From Williopsis jadinii (Eukaryota), in NCBI GenBank assembly GCA_024346625.1, contig AP024664.1:3038001-3102000 (forward strand): a DNA stretch of 64,000 nt, written 5' to 3'. A program made the position numbers and the translations under genes. Shown here piece after piece: positions 23,868-35,273 of the stretch. The stretch's first letter is position 1. Each line of letters opens with the position of its first letter. The notes under the pieces were generated by a model. That model was not told where the DNA came from. It worked only from the letters and a program-made list of their open reading frames with translations, and searched no databases.

Positions 23868-24079
23868 TGTTAACCCTTTATCGCCTTGATATGAGACAAT
23901 GTTTGTTTATGTTTTGATCTTTATCCACACGGAAAATTTGTGCCCGCAACTACCACCTTAGGCCGAGAGGAAATTGTGGTTATTTACACGAACAATAAAT
24001 GACAGACTCTGTTTCAATTCTGACACATTTATGTATTTTTTTAGAAGGGATGTGTTTAATTCACTCTAAAAGCGTAGTT

Positions 24080-24677
24080 TCATACTAACTGCTTGATGCT
24101 CTTTCTAATCTCATTGAGCGAGCTGAGTGATAGACTTACATCCTTGAATTGTGTGTTTGTTAGTATTTTTAGGGAGATTGGGAAAAGGTGCGAAATGCAC
24201 TCACTGGTAAGATCAAGGTCAACTTGTTCTCCTTATTTACAATACAGGCTAGGTAGTATATCACCTCCAGTCCTTTGAACCCTTCCAATATTACGACATC
24301 TATGATATCAGCTGTTGGTACCAACTTATGGGATGTGCTTTTAAAGATCACACCTGTAGTTGATGTTACTTCAAGGCCTATAGACTTAGTCATTGACACT
24401 GAGCGGTCTATGATTGCTGTTAGTACCCGATTGATGTTCAGTTGACGATTGAACCATGCATACAGCTATTTATTGGTAAGAAGTTCAGAAGAATAGTACT
24501 CGCCGATATGGCTATGACTGCTGTTTGTCTATATGTCAATGAAAAGCATCTGGACAGCGAGATTGTGAGGACCATCAAAAGCGTGTGCACAGCTAATGAA
24601 ATTTTCCAGTCGTTATGGTATGAGTATTTCACCTGGACGTCATTATCAACTTCTTTGTATAGCCCCTTCTTAGCCAT
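24080..24677 (-). CDS. GPI15: GPI-GlcNAc transferase subunit PIG-H; exons 24677-24464, 24407-24205, 24142-24080 (159 aa)
   Basis: Two TM segments then IGLEV...IIDVVILEGFKGLEVIYYLACIV (PIG-H motif). Two introns keep frame. Neighbour of BDP1 as in S. cerevisiae. Confidence 0.88.
24143..24204 (-). other. GPI15 intron 2 (62 nt)
   Basis: GTGAGT...TACTAAC...AAG; gives C-terminus DVSLSLSSLNEIRKSIKQLV. Confidence 0.85.
24408..24463 (-). other. GPI15 intron 1 (56 nt)
   Basis: GTATGC...TACTAAC...TAG; phase 1, frame preserved. Confidence 0.88.
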
Positions 24678-26596
24678 GATTTTCCTCCCAACCTGCTATA
24701 TCCGTTGTTGTAGTGGGTGGTACGCACCGATGGGAGCACAACAAAGCTCGAATGCACTATCAGTGAGGCACCTGAACCGGGGATCTAATACCGAATTCCG
24801 GTCACAGCGCTCGAAAATGTGAATGTTAGGATGTTTAGGTGTCCTGATGTTTGTAAGCAAGGCTGAACTATCAGGTAGGGTAACACTTTGGGAAAGAAAA
24901 ATCTTGCACTTTCTGCAATGCATACACACGCTCCCACAACATTTTCGGGTGTTTTATTCAACCAATGAGAGGCGTGAGAATAACCTTAAAAAGGTGCCAA
25001 AGTGGTTTCAATGTGGACGATGGACTAGAAGGACTAAGGTCCGATGGAAATTAGAGACTAGACGGTGTTGGAATAGCAGCACGACGATGTACGTTGACTT
25101 AGGTGGAATTTAATCTCAGCGCTAACCCTTGATGACTGTTCATGCCGGGTTGGTAATTAAACTCGTTTGCGCAAACCGTTTAGAACGATAGAAAACTCCA
25201 ACGCTCGCTGTAGGAATGGTATGACAACTAAAAGAATTCTCCGCCCAGATTTTACACGGAATAAAGTGGTGGTGGAACAAGCTTTCTCTTGTTTGTCGGT
25301 AGTGTCCTGGCGGAACTTCCTGGTGGGGGGGCAACCGGCTGCATGTAAACAGTTTCTGCAATGAGAGACTTTTCTCTTCATGGAACCTTCTGAACTTACA
25401 AATTGGTTGAAATCTGTATTACATATCAAGAAGGCAAGTGGACACAGAGTCCATAATACATTGCCGGTTAAACCAGGCACCGGTCCAGTGATGCCTCGTC
25501 CTATGCCTCCATTTAACCAATTAGCCTATCACTAGTAGTTACAATTATCCATCTTAATCCATGGCTATGATGACTTGTAAAAGCAACAAGGGCGCAACGG
25601 TGAATTGGGTAACCGCTTAAAACACATTCTTAACGCACACCCCAGGGGCTGCTGCTGCTGCTGCGAGTTCTACCTACAGAGTCCTACTGAGGTGGCTATG
25701 GACCTGGTAAAAGAACCCTGGTGAGTCTCGCCTTGTGCGTGTGTGTACCGTGAATCGAAAAAACCGCTCTCGAGCTTACAATTTTCTGGGATTTAATTGG
25801 CTGGAATTTAGAACCGCAAAGGGAATGAATTTCCAGTGGGCCGCCAAAGTAGGAAAAAAGTTATCAACCTCGGGATTCGTATAAAAGGTGAAGGCCTTGA
25901 CACAACGGTCAAAAATTATCGATTTGGCTATTCGAATTTGAACTCCAATCGTCTCCGATCGATCCAATTCAAACACCAAAACAATACAATCTTGAAAGGA
26001 TTTCACCACCTTAACGAAACTCCTTCTTCATAATCACTAATTGCAAACAGCTCCCACCCAGTACTTTGTCTGTTGAAAAAGTTCTGGCCAATCACAGAGG
26101 ACATTTCGAGTGCTTACGCAAAAAAAACCAAAAAAAAGAAATCTGAGTCCCCCCGTCCTTTTTTGGCATCGCGCGGACTTCAAGCAACAGACGATCAGCC
26201 AATTCAAGCCGAGCGAAAAAAAATAAAGAGGACTTTTTGTTTGAAGCAAAAGGAAAAAAAATTCTGAACCTTTTTTCTCCCTCTTGCAACTATTCCCAAT
26301 TCAAACTGATCCATTGAACTGTTGAAGGCTTAATCTATTGAGTTTCCCCAACTTGTTCACCTTTTGACATCCGTTTTCGTTCCACCACTTTGAATTCCGT
26401 GGAGCATTTCCCCCTATATTTTGGAAATCTCTCCCTCCCTCAAAAACTGTGTTTTTTGTTGTTGTGCCGGTGTTTGGTTCTCGAGCCCATTAATCTCCTT
26501 TTTACCGTACTGCTTTGGGGACGTATTTCTTTGACGAACCTACAAACGAAGCAGAGTGATTGAAGTGATTTACACACATATCTACCTTCTTCTACA

Positions 26597-27847
26597 ATGC
26601 TTTCATCACCGATTCATCTCGACGCGAACTCACAACACCTCTTGTTCGGAACCCAGGCTGCCTCTACCGCTGCACCTTCACTGAGAAAAATGTCCCATGG
26701 TGCAGGCCCAAACTCAAGACCTCCATTATCAACTACAAGTTCCAACTCCTTCATCCTCGATGACGAGGACAGACACCACCAGCATCACACACAGACCAGT
26801 TCACGCGACGGGCTGGAGGCCCGCCCAATGAACAAATTTGACATTCCATACGTTCCGGACCAGATTTTCATTGGTGGCCGTAAGTCGCAGTTGGCTGTGG
26901 CACAGTCCAACATCGTCAAGGGACTTGTCAAGGAGAAATTCCCAAGTATTACTTGCCCAATCTTGGCCCTCACGACGTTGGGTGATCAAGTTCAAAATAA
27001 ACCGCTCTATTCGTTTGGAGGAAAGTCGCTCTGGACTAAGGAGCTTGAGATTCTGCTGCTGGAAGGAATTGGCGATTTCCACAAGTTGGACTTGATTGTG
27101 CACTCTTTGAAGGACATGCCAACGAACCTGCCTGATGAATTTGAGCTTGGATGCGTTGTCAAAAGAGAGGACCCAAGTGACGCTGTTTGTATGTCAAAGG
27201 GTTCCCAATACACAAAATTGGATGAGCTGCCAAAGGGTTCTGTCGTTGGTACTTCATCTGTTAGAAGATCTGCACAACTGAAAAGACACTACCCACACTT
27301 GGTGTTTGAGAGTGTCCGTGGTAACTTACAGACAAGACTCAGAAAGTTGGATGATCCAGAAACGCCTTTCAAATGTATTATCCTTGCAACCGCCGGCTTG
27401 GTTAGAATGGGGCTGGAGCATAGAATAACACAACGTTTGGACTCAAACATCATGTACCACGCTGTGGGTCAAGGTGCTCTTGGTATCGAAATCAGAAAAG
27501 GTGACGCCCTTATGAAGTCGATTCTCGAAACCATTGAAGATAAGAATGCCACTGTGTGTTGTCTTGCTGAGAGAGCAGTGATGAGAACTTTGGAAGGTGG
27601 ATGTTCTGTTCCAATCGGAGTTTCTTCATTCTTCAACGAAGAGACCAAGTTGCTTCGTTTGAAGGCAGTTGTCATATCAGTGGATGGTACTCAATATGTT
27701 GAGAATGAAATTACCAGACCAATTGAGGATTACAGAGCTGATTCCGAGGCTGTTGGTGTTGAGCTCGCTAATATGTTGAAAGCACAAGGTGCTAAGGCAA
27801 TCCTTGACGAGATTGACTTTCAAAAGATTAACGAGAAGGATGAATGA
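26597..27847 (+). CDS. HEM3: Porphobilinogen deaminase (hydroxymethylbilane synthase)
   Basis: [49 protein letters not shown]. Start uncertain because of a long N-terminal extension. Confidence 0.95.
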   Translation: MLSSPIHLDANSQHLLFGTQAASTAAPSLRKMSHGAGPNSRPPLSTTSSNSFILDDEDRHHQHHTQTSSRDGLEARPMNKFDIPYVPDQIFIGGRKSQLAVAQSNIVKGLVKEKFPSITCPILALTTLGDQVQNKPLYSFGGKSLWTKELEILLLEGIGDFHKLDLIVHSLKDMPTNLPDEFELGCVVKREDPSDAVCMSKGSQYTKLDELPKGSVVGTSSVRRSAQLKRHYPHLVFESVRGNLQTRLRKLDDPETPFKCIILATAGLVRMGLEHRITQRLDSNIMYHAVGQGALGIEIRKGDALMKSILETIEDKNATVCCLAERAVMRTLEGGCSVPIGVSSFFNEETKLLRLKAVVISVDGTQYVENEITRPIEDYRADSEAVGVELANMLKAQGAKAILDEIDFQKINEKDE

Positions 27848-28432
27848 ATAACGAAATTACAGTACATTAGATGAATCTCAACGACTCAACTTTGAAACGC
27901 ATTTGCAACGAACTTTTTTTGGACTAAAGTTTATCAGACATATACACACACTTTGTTCAACACGCCACATCAAGAGGTGAGAACAAAGGTGTCTTACTCT
28001 GTTTTCTATTCGATCTTGCCTCCACTACTTTGCATGGTTTGTTACAAGTGCCTGTCTCTCCTTTTGATGACTCCGTTTCCTTTTTGTTCAAACTTGTACA
28101 TAATGGGAGAGAGGAAATGGGCATCACAACATCGGGACGGCAACCTACGATATACCACGAAACCATATCAAACAGTGGGCTTTCTTTGTATACTAGTTTA
28201 ATAAGGAAAAAAAGGATATTCTCTACTTCAATCAAGGCTAGTCCTCCATATAATCATCCAAAAAGGAGTACGTAATTTTATGTACATGTCTCTGCCCGTT
28301 GTAGTTTTGCCCTTCGTGATGAAATTTTTGTTGATAAAATTTTGCTGTGCTTGGAGAAGGCGAGGCATCGAGATTAGTGAAGAGGTGATAGATACACACA
28401 GAGCGCTTAACGGTACAACCGGCGGCTAAACA

Positions 28433-29374
28433 ATGTCACAGATAAAAGGAAAGCCAGCAAGGGTACAGGTTGATCCTAATGAATTTGAGGAGGAGCAGCC
28501 ACCTCAAACAGGTACTGTTTACAACATTTGGTATAACAAATGGAGTGGAGGTGGTAACAACCATGTTTTGGTGAAGTCCAAGTATAAACTGGACGTTGAA
28601 AGAGACAGCGGTTATACGAGGGCCGACAAGACGCAGGGTACGGGTTATTTCTGCTTATTCTTTGCGAAGGGGATGTGCTCCAAGGGTAAGAAGTGTGAAT
28701 ATCTGCATCGCATACCCAGAGACGATGATGTCTTCCCCTTAACTGTGGACTGCTTTGGCCGTGAAAAGTTTAGTGAAAACCGTGATGACATGGGAGGCAT
28801 TGGTAGCTTCAACACAGTTAACAAGACTCTGTATATTGGAGGTGTGCTGACTGATCGGAAGGACGTTCAAGACCGCATTAACGGTGAATTTAAACCGTTG
28901 GGCAAGATTTCCAAGATCAACGTCATCTCCGGGAAGAACTGTGCCTTTGTCACTTTCAAGAGTGAGAGCAACGCTCAGTTTGCCAAAGAAGCGATGAATG
29001 GACAGAGTCTATACGGTACTGATATACTGAGTGTCAAATGGGCACACGAAGATCCGAACCCTGAGGCCATACGACAAAAGAAGAGAACAATCGAGCAGGA
29101 GACTCAGCAGGTTGTCCTGCAGTTATTGGATAAGTACAAGAGACAAAGACAGGATGACGGTCCTCATATCGAAGAGCCTGAAGAGCCCGAACCTGTACAA
29201 GTGGTACAGCAGCTTAAGCAGATCGAGGATACAAAGCCAACCACAACTTCAAACACCAACGGCATACTCAGTGGAGTATCCTTGGAGCTCCTGAAGCGGC
29301 TTCCTCAGCCAAAGCCCACGGATCGGAAGAGCCTGGTGAACGCATATGAAAGTAGCGATGACGATGACGATTAG
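28433..29374 (+). CDS. CWC2: Spliceosomal NTC-associated protein (Torus/CCCH zinc finger + RRM)
   Basis: KPARVQVDP, YNIWYNKWSGG, FCLFFAKGMC...CEYLH, DCFGRE, AQFAKEAM. Confidence 0.95.
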   Translation: MSQIKGKPARVQVDPNEFEEEQPPQTGTVYNIWYNKWSGGGNNHVLVKSKYKLDVERDSGYTRADKTQGTGYFCLFFAKGMCSKGKKCEYLHRIPRDDDVFPLTVDCFGREKFSENRDDMGGIGSFNTVNKTLYIGGVLTDRKDVQDRINGEFKPLGKISKINVISGKNCAFVTFKSESNAQFAKEAMNGQSLYGTDILSVKWAHEDPNPEAIRQKKRTIEQETQQVVLQLLDKYKRQRQDDGPHIEEPEEPEPVQVVQQLKQIEDTKPTTTSNTNGILSGVSLELLKRLPQPKPTDRKSLVNAYESSDDDDD

Positions 29375-29729
29375 AACGCCCAATGTTATGATGCAATCCC
29401 TGTACACTCTTATAACAGTAGCTACACGCTGAACAACGACGGCCAGCATATGTTTGAGACTCAGTCCTACGCCACGCTTCAGCCCAGCTACAACCAGTAG
29501 CTGTGACATGTTGATGAAAGCCCTCTGCGGATCGAACCTTGCCGTGGCATTTTTATGTGTCAAACAGGCTGCGCAAGCAGCAAAGGGGGCAGAAAAACAA
29601 AAACAACAACAATAGGCCCACGTTGATAAGAAGTTTCGCTCTGTTTCTCTCCCTTGTTTGCTCTGTACAATTGCATCACGCCGTTGCTGGTCAACCGCTT
29701 CACCAAGTACACCGAGCACAACAACGGGA

Positions 29730-30770
29730 ATGCACCTGGTGAAGAGGTCCTTAACCACCTACTCAAAGGACTACAGCGCGCTTGCGCGTAGTTATGAGCT
29801 GACACAATCTGTCACCAAGATCCTGCGTACAAGGGACTCAAGGCTCTCACAAACGAGCTCTTTCCAGTACGCGCTTGATAACTTCCGGTCCAACGCAGAT
29901 GGGTTCTTCTGCTCCAATCAGGACGTCCTGTCCGGCCCGCGCGCTGTTGTTGCCCAAGGTTTGGTGCTCTCTGATAAGGCCATTGTGATCTCTTTAGACA
30001 CAGGTGGTGATGTCCATGAAACAACCGATGTAGGGTTCTGTATCTATGACAAGTCGAGGAACTCTGTGTACAAGATCCAGCTGGATATCAAGGGCCGGAA
30101 GCTATCGAGAAAGTCAGGTATCATGGATAACTTGCTGGCGGTTCCTCTGAAGGTATCGCCAACACAGGCACAGGTGTTCATAACAAGGCTCTTTGGACAT
30201 TACACACAGCTGATGAAAGGAGATCACGACGTGTGTCTTGTTGGACACAACCTGGAACGTGATTTGAAGTCTTTGATGACTTTGAACGTCAACGTGCCTA
30301 GGGCTCTGCAAAAAGTCGACACTGATATCCTATGCAGACAGTTTTTATTCCCCAAAGGTTTGAATCTGGGGAAATTGGCCAGAGAGTTGAATGTCCAGGA
30401 GACAAAACCATTCCATCCTTCCGTTAACGACGCATACTACACCATCCAGGTACTTCTCAAGCTTTTAAGCGGGACCGAGTGTGATATACCTTTTGAAAAC
30501 TTGAAGCTATCACACGAGGAATACCACAAGAAGCTACACAGAAACTTGGATCAATTCGAGGCAATGCTGCAAATACGCAGTTTGGTCAAAGACGTCACCG
30601 GGTTCCACGATGAAAAGACGGTGGACCAGGTGATAAAGTTCATGTGCAATGGCTCAAAGAGACCAAGAGACTTTGACATGAAGACCGTCATGCCGAGAAT
30701 TTACAAAGCACTTCGCAAGATGGAAAGAAGTGTTACTAACCCATGCAAGAATATTCCAAAGACGATATAG
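29730..30770 (+). CDS. Gfd2/YDR514C-like DEDDh-fold (RNase H-like) protein, probably mitochondrial
   Basis: ISLDTG, LVGHNLERDLKSL, VDT and FHPSVNDAYYT resemble the Exo I/II/III motifs of this family; presequence-like N-terminus. Confidence 0.65.
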   Translation: MHLVKRSLTTYSKDYSALARSYELTQSVTKILRTRDSRLSQTSSFQYALDNFRSNADGFFCSNQDVLSGPRAVVAQGLVLSDKAIVISLDTGGDVHETTDVGFCIYDKSRNSVYKIQLDIKGRKLSRKSGIMDNLLAVPLKVSPTQAQVFITRLFGHYTQLMKGDHDVCLVGHNLERDLKSLMTLNVNVPRALQKVDTDILCRQFLFPKGLNLGKLARELNVQETKPFHPSVNDAYYTIQVLLKLLSGTECDIPFENLKLSHEEYHKKLHRNLDQFEAMLQIRSLVKDVTGFHDEKTVDQVIKFMCNGSKRPRDFDMKTVMPRIYKALRKMERSVTNPCKNIPKTI

Positions 30771-30808
30771 ATTGTTGTTGTTGTTATACACCTTTATAAA
30801 CAATATAT

Positions 30809-32713
30809 TCAAACAATGGCTTGTAATCCTTCCTCCAGTCGTTTGAACTCGCTTGGAATCTTGTTGCCGCTTTTTTGCAGGAGCCTTTTCAACTCTGGAT
30901 ACACAGCTTTATCGTAATCCTCTGTTAAGAATGTGATACTTGTACCGTAGTTCCCTGCTCTTCCTGTTCTTCCAATTCTATGGATATACTCGTCACATTT
31001 CTTAGTCATTTGGTAATTGACTACAAGAGAGACGTTGTTGATATCAATACCACGACTTGCCACGCTTGTTGCAACCAATACATCTGCACGGCCATCTTTC
31101 AGCTGTTTCAGCGCAAGCTCTCTCTGATCTTGACTCTTTGAACCGTGAATCATTGTAACTCTAACACCTCTTGATTGCAAATGTTTAAACAACTGCTCAC
31201 CGGTTTCCTTGTAATTAACGAACACGATAATTGGAGGCTTAAACTCGTGAGACGTAACAATCCTCTCCAGTCTTTTGACCTTCTTATTCTCCTCATCTTT
31301 CCCAAAGAATTCAAACCTTTGTGTGATTCTCTCGTTAACCACAACGTCTCTCGAAGATGCTGAACCAATATTCACAATTGCTGGTGATTTGACGTATTCT
31401 CTGGACAACTTCTCCACCTCATTGGTCAAAGTTGCCGTGAACATCATGTTCTGACGTTCACCGTCGGTCATGAAAGTTTTGATCTTCTCAACTTGCTCAC
31501 CAAAGTTCATCTCGATCATTTTATCACTTTCATCCAATACCAGGAATTTGACCTGGTTCAGCACCAAATAATGACTTTCAAGACAATCTATAAGTCGTCC
31601 AGGGGTAGCGATGACGATTTCGATGTTCTTGTTTTGCAGATCTAGAATATCCCTCTCTATTAATTTACCACCGACCAACGATACCGTATCGATCATTGGA
31701 AGGAATCTTAGGAATTTGTTCAGCTCAATTTCGATCTGTTGTGCCAATTCTCTTGTTGGGACGAGAATGAGGCCATAAGGACCATCATTCTTAGTAACTT
31801 CGTTGAGCCGTGCTAGTTTCAGCACTTTTGAAAGCATTGGTAATAGAAAGGCCAATGTCTTACCGGAACCAGTCTCTGCGACACCTATAATATCTCTCTT
31901 TTGCAATGCAATTGGTATCGCAGCCCTCTGAATGGGAGTTGGCTCTTTATATCCCAAGTTTTGGATAATCTTCAACAGGTCAGGCACGATATCGGACTCT
32001 GTCCATGATCTAAGAGGATTTGGTAGATTCGTACCTCTTGTGATTATTTCGAAATCCTCCTTCATTATTCTCCAATCTCTAGTCTTCATCTCAGAAAGTG
32101 GCTTTCGTGACCAGTGGACATCATCCAAGCCTTTATCTAGCAGTGCACTGTTAAAGCTGACATCTACTGGCTGAATTCCATACTCCTGTACTAGACCGAG
32201 ATTTGTCGTATCGTCTTCATCTCTCCATTCAAAATTGAACTTGCTTGTTCTTCCATTGACCGCTTTCTTGGTCTCTTGCCTTGTTCTCTTCGACTGAGCA
32301 TCAGCCTCCTCCAGTCGTAAAGGTCTCTTCTTACTGTCCATCTCTCCTTCTTTCCTCTTTCTCTCGGCTTCCGCTAATTTTTTCCTTTCACTCTCCCGTC
32401 TCTGTTCGAGCTCGAGTTGTTCTCTCTCTCTCTTTGATAGAAACTTGGGTGCATTCAGTTCAACCTCTTCCCTTTTCCTCGATAATAACTCACGAAGTGA
32501 TACAACTTCCTTTTGCTGCTGGTGATGACCTCCTCCACCACCGGTGATTGTGTCTAGATCCTCGTCCATTGAGTTGGAGGGCTCAAATCTCAATGGTTCA
32601 TCGTTTAGCTTCTCGACCCTCTTCTGCTCCAGAACCTGTTGTCTTCTCCGTTCCAGAGCCAGCTGTTGCCTCTCTTTTTTGGACAGTCTCTTTGTATCGC
32701 TTGAAGAGAGCAT
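30809..32713 (-). CDS. PRP28: DEAD-box splicing helicase
   Basis: HWSRKPLSEMKTRDWRI, PTPIQRAAIP, AETGSGKT, DESD, HRIGRTGRAG. Divergent from PEX5 as in S. cerevisiae. Confidence 0.95.
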   Translation of the reverse strand: MLSSSDTKRLSKKERQQLALERRRQQVLEQKRVEKLNDEPLRFEPSNSMDEDLDTITGGGGGHHQQQKEVVSLRELLSRKREEVELNAPKFLSKREREQLELEQRRESERKKLAEAERKRKEGEMDSKKRPLRLEEADAQSKRTRQETKKAVNGRTSKFNFEWRDEDDTTNLGLVQEYGIQPVDVSFNSALLDKGLDDVHWSRKPLSEMKTRDWRIMKEDFEIITRGTNLPNPLRSWTESDIVPDLLKIIQNLGYKEPTPIQRAAIPIALQKRDIIGVAETGSGKTLAFLLPMLSKVLKLARLNEVTKNDGPYGLILVPTRELAQQIEIELNKFLRFLPMIDTVSLVGGKLIERDILDLQNKNIEIVIATPGRLIDCLESHYLVLNQVKFLVLDESDKMIEMNFGEQVEKIKTFMTDGERQNMMFTATLTNEVEKLSREYVKSPAIVNIGSASSRDVVVNERITQRFEFFGKDEENKKVKRLERIVTSHEFKPPIIVFVNYKETGEQLFKHLQSRGVRVTMIHGSKSQDQRELALKQLKDGRADVLVATSVASRGIDINNVSLVVNYQMTKKCDEYIHRIGRTGRAGNYGTSITFLTEDYDKAVYPELKRLLQKSGNKIPSEFKRLEEGLQAIV

Positions 32714-32855
32714 TGTTACCGTGTTCCACTCGGTCTATGTGCCGTCTGAAAGGGTGCGATGTTGACAGTTGAGCTGTAATGTGTCTCTCTGTCTGTTCTC
32801 TTATAAAATTTTGATGGACTATTGAGGACTAAGCGAGTCCCATTTCGAGACCACA

Positions 32856-32923
32856 AAGTCTCAAAAGTCTCAGAACTTTTCAGTCCCCAAGGTCTCCAAG
32901 GTCTCCATAGTCTCCAAAGTCCC
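32856..32923. repeat. Degenerate 9-bp tandem repeat (RGTCTCCAA) in the PRP28/PEX5 divergent promoter
   Basis: aagtctcaa aagtctcag ... agtccccaa ggtctccaa ggtctccat agtctccaa agtccc. Confidence 0.8.
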
Positions 32924-33444
32924 GTGCCATGAGTGCACGCACCAACATCTGAAAACACTCCACGCAATGACCTTCCGCATTAGTCAATACACACAGCTTC
33001 ACACCCGTCAATTGCGCCCAGGAGCCTTACCACACACAACCACTCTGTACCTCTCATACAACACCATCGTCACCTTTCTGATCAGACATTAACCCATCGT
33101 TAAAAGCATCTAAATCGTGGCTAATTCAGCCAAACCAGCAAATCACACCACCTCACACCTGGACACCAAACAGACTCTCCCAGACCCCCAGGCCTCCCCC
33201 CCCCCACACAGAATTTCAAACCTCGGCACTATAAAACATTTCCTTATCGGCGTACATCTGTTTTCCTATTGTTGGTGTACGGATGTCCACTCTTTTCCCT
33301 CAATTTTGCTCGTTTTCGCCCTTCCACCGTTTGGCCGGGGCCATTGTACAACGCTTTTGATTCCTTCCGCCACGACCAGGATCACTTGCCACCACGACCA
33401 GACTGCGAGTAAAGAAGAGGCCCATATTCAACAGATCACACAGG

Positions 33445-35273
33445 ATGTCTATGTTTGGAGGAGGAGCTGAGTGCTCAACAGCAAGAAACCCGCTTGCGCA
33501 GTTCAACAAGCATACCCAGGAGGACCGCTCTCTCCAGAGACCTGGGATGCAACACCAGTCGTCTCAGCAGAGCATGAGAGAAGAACACCGAATGAACCAG
33601 ATGGACCAGCAAGTATGTGCTTCCTTTGGCTATGCCTCAGTGTGCTTTGTACTAACACGTGAACACCACATCAATAGCGTATGAACCAGTTCGTCAAGCC
33701 ACATGATAACTTCAACTTCCAGCCAATGCAGCAGGAACTCCATCAGATGGCACAGCGTCAACCACAGATGAACATGCAGAACAAGCAGTGGGCGTCTGAG
33801 TTCCAACCAGACGCTGCTGCTATGAGATCAAGCGGCTCTGCCTGGTCCTCAGAGTTCAAAACCTCTTCTCCATCACCAATTGCTGCTAACGCACAGATGG
33901 CCTCAACTCTACAGCAGCAGCACCAACCGCTGATGAGTGGTGGGAACGTTCTCATGGGCTCAAGACTCGGGTATCAACCGATGTTCCAAGGCTACGCTGG
34001 CGCTGGTATGCAGACAGCTATGAGACCTCTGAGTAGCACCGTCACAGCGGGAAATGTCACCACAGAGAACCAAGAACAATGGGAATCGCAATTCCAAGAG
34101 ATTGATGACCAACTGACTAAGCAGGAGGGTAAACAGGCAGAAGAAGAAGAGTTACTGGATGCGCAGAAGACAGAGGCTGAGGATGAAATAGTCATCGATG
34201 ACAAGTTCCAGGCCAACTTTGACGAGGTGTGGGATGCGATTCATCAACAAGACGATGATCTCATTGGACAAGAACCCTCTTGGGAAAAGGACTTTGCCAC
34301 GTATGCACAAAATAGGGCAAACTTTGGCCAGTACAACTTTGAACAGACAAACCAGTTCCGTCATTCTCCAAACGCGTACGAAATTGGTTGTACGTTGATG
34401 GATCAAGGAGCCAAGTTGTCAGAGGCTGCTTTGGCATTTGAAGCTGCCGTACAGGAGAATCCAAAACACATAGATGCGTGGTTGAAACTTGGTGAAGTTC
34501 AGACTCAAAATGAGAAGGAAATTGCTGGATTAACTGCACTGGAAACTTGTCTAAAGTTAGATCCAAAGAACTTGGATGCACTGATGACTTTGGCAGTTTC
34601 CTATATCAATGAAGGCTATGATAATGCTGCATTTGCAACTCTGGAACGCTGGATTGAAACAAAATATCCTCAGATTTCTGAACGTGCACGTACTACTAAC
34701 CCAAAGATCAACGATGAGGATCGCTACTCCTTGCACAAACGTGTCACTGAGCTCTTCTTGCAAGCAGCACAACTTTCACCAATGGGTGCCAACATCGATG
34801 CAGATGTTCAAATGGGATTAGGAGTGCTGTTCTACGCAAATGACGATTTTGAAAAGACTATTGACTGTTTCAAGGCTGCTTTGGCAGTTCGTCCAGACGA
34901 TGCTTTGCTTTGGAACAGATTAGGTGCGTCATTAGCCAACTCTAGCAGATCAGAAGAGGCGATAGAGGCGTACCATAGGGCATTACAGCTCAAACCCAGC
35001 TTTGTCCGTGCACGTTACAACTTGGGGGTTTCATCGATCAACATTGGTTGTTACAAAGAAGCTGCAGAGCATTTGCTCGCTGCACTTTCGATGCATAACG
35101 TGGAAGGACTTGACCCTTCAGATTTGAAAAGATATACATCAGTGGCAAACCAGAGTACCAGTATTATGGAGACATTGAAGAGGGCTTTTATTGCCATGGA
35201 CAGAAGAGACTTACTGGAGAAGATAAGACCAGGTATGGACCTGAACCAATTCAGAGGTGAGTTCACATTCTAG
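33445..35273 (+). CDS. PEX5: PTS1 receptor; exons 33445-33612 and 33678-35273
   Basis: N-terminal Cys motif (AECSTARNPLAQF), WxxxF motifs (WASEF, WSSEF, WESQF, WEKDF), C-terminal TPR domain. Confidence 0.97.
33613..33677 (+). other. PEX5 intron (65 nt)
   Basis: GTATGT...TACTAAC...TAG, phase 0, joins two ORFs in frame. Confidence 0.93.

Noticed and set aside
25721..26050. Long 5'-UTR intron for HEM3 (GTGAGT...CACTAAT...CAG)
   Set aside because: Branch point is doubly non-consensus and it would need a >550-nt second UTR exon; not supportable without RNA data.
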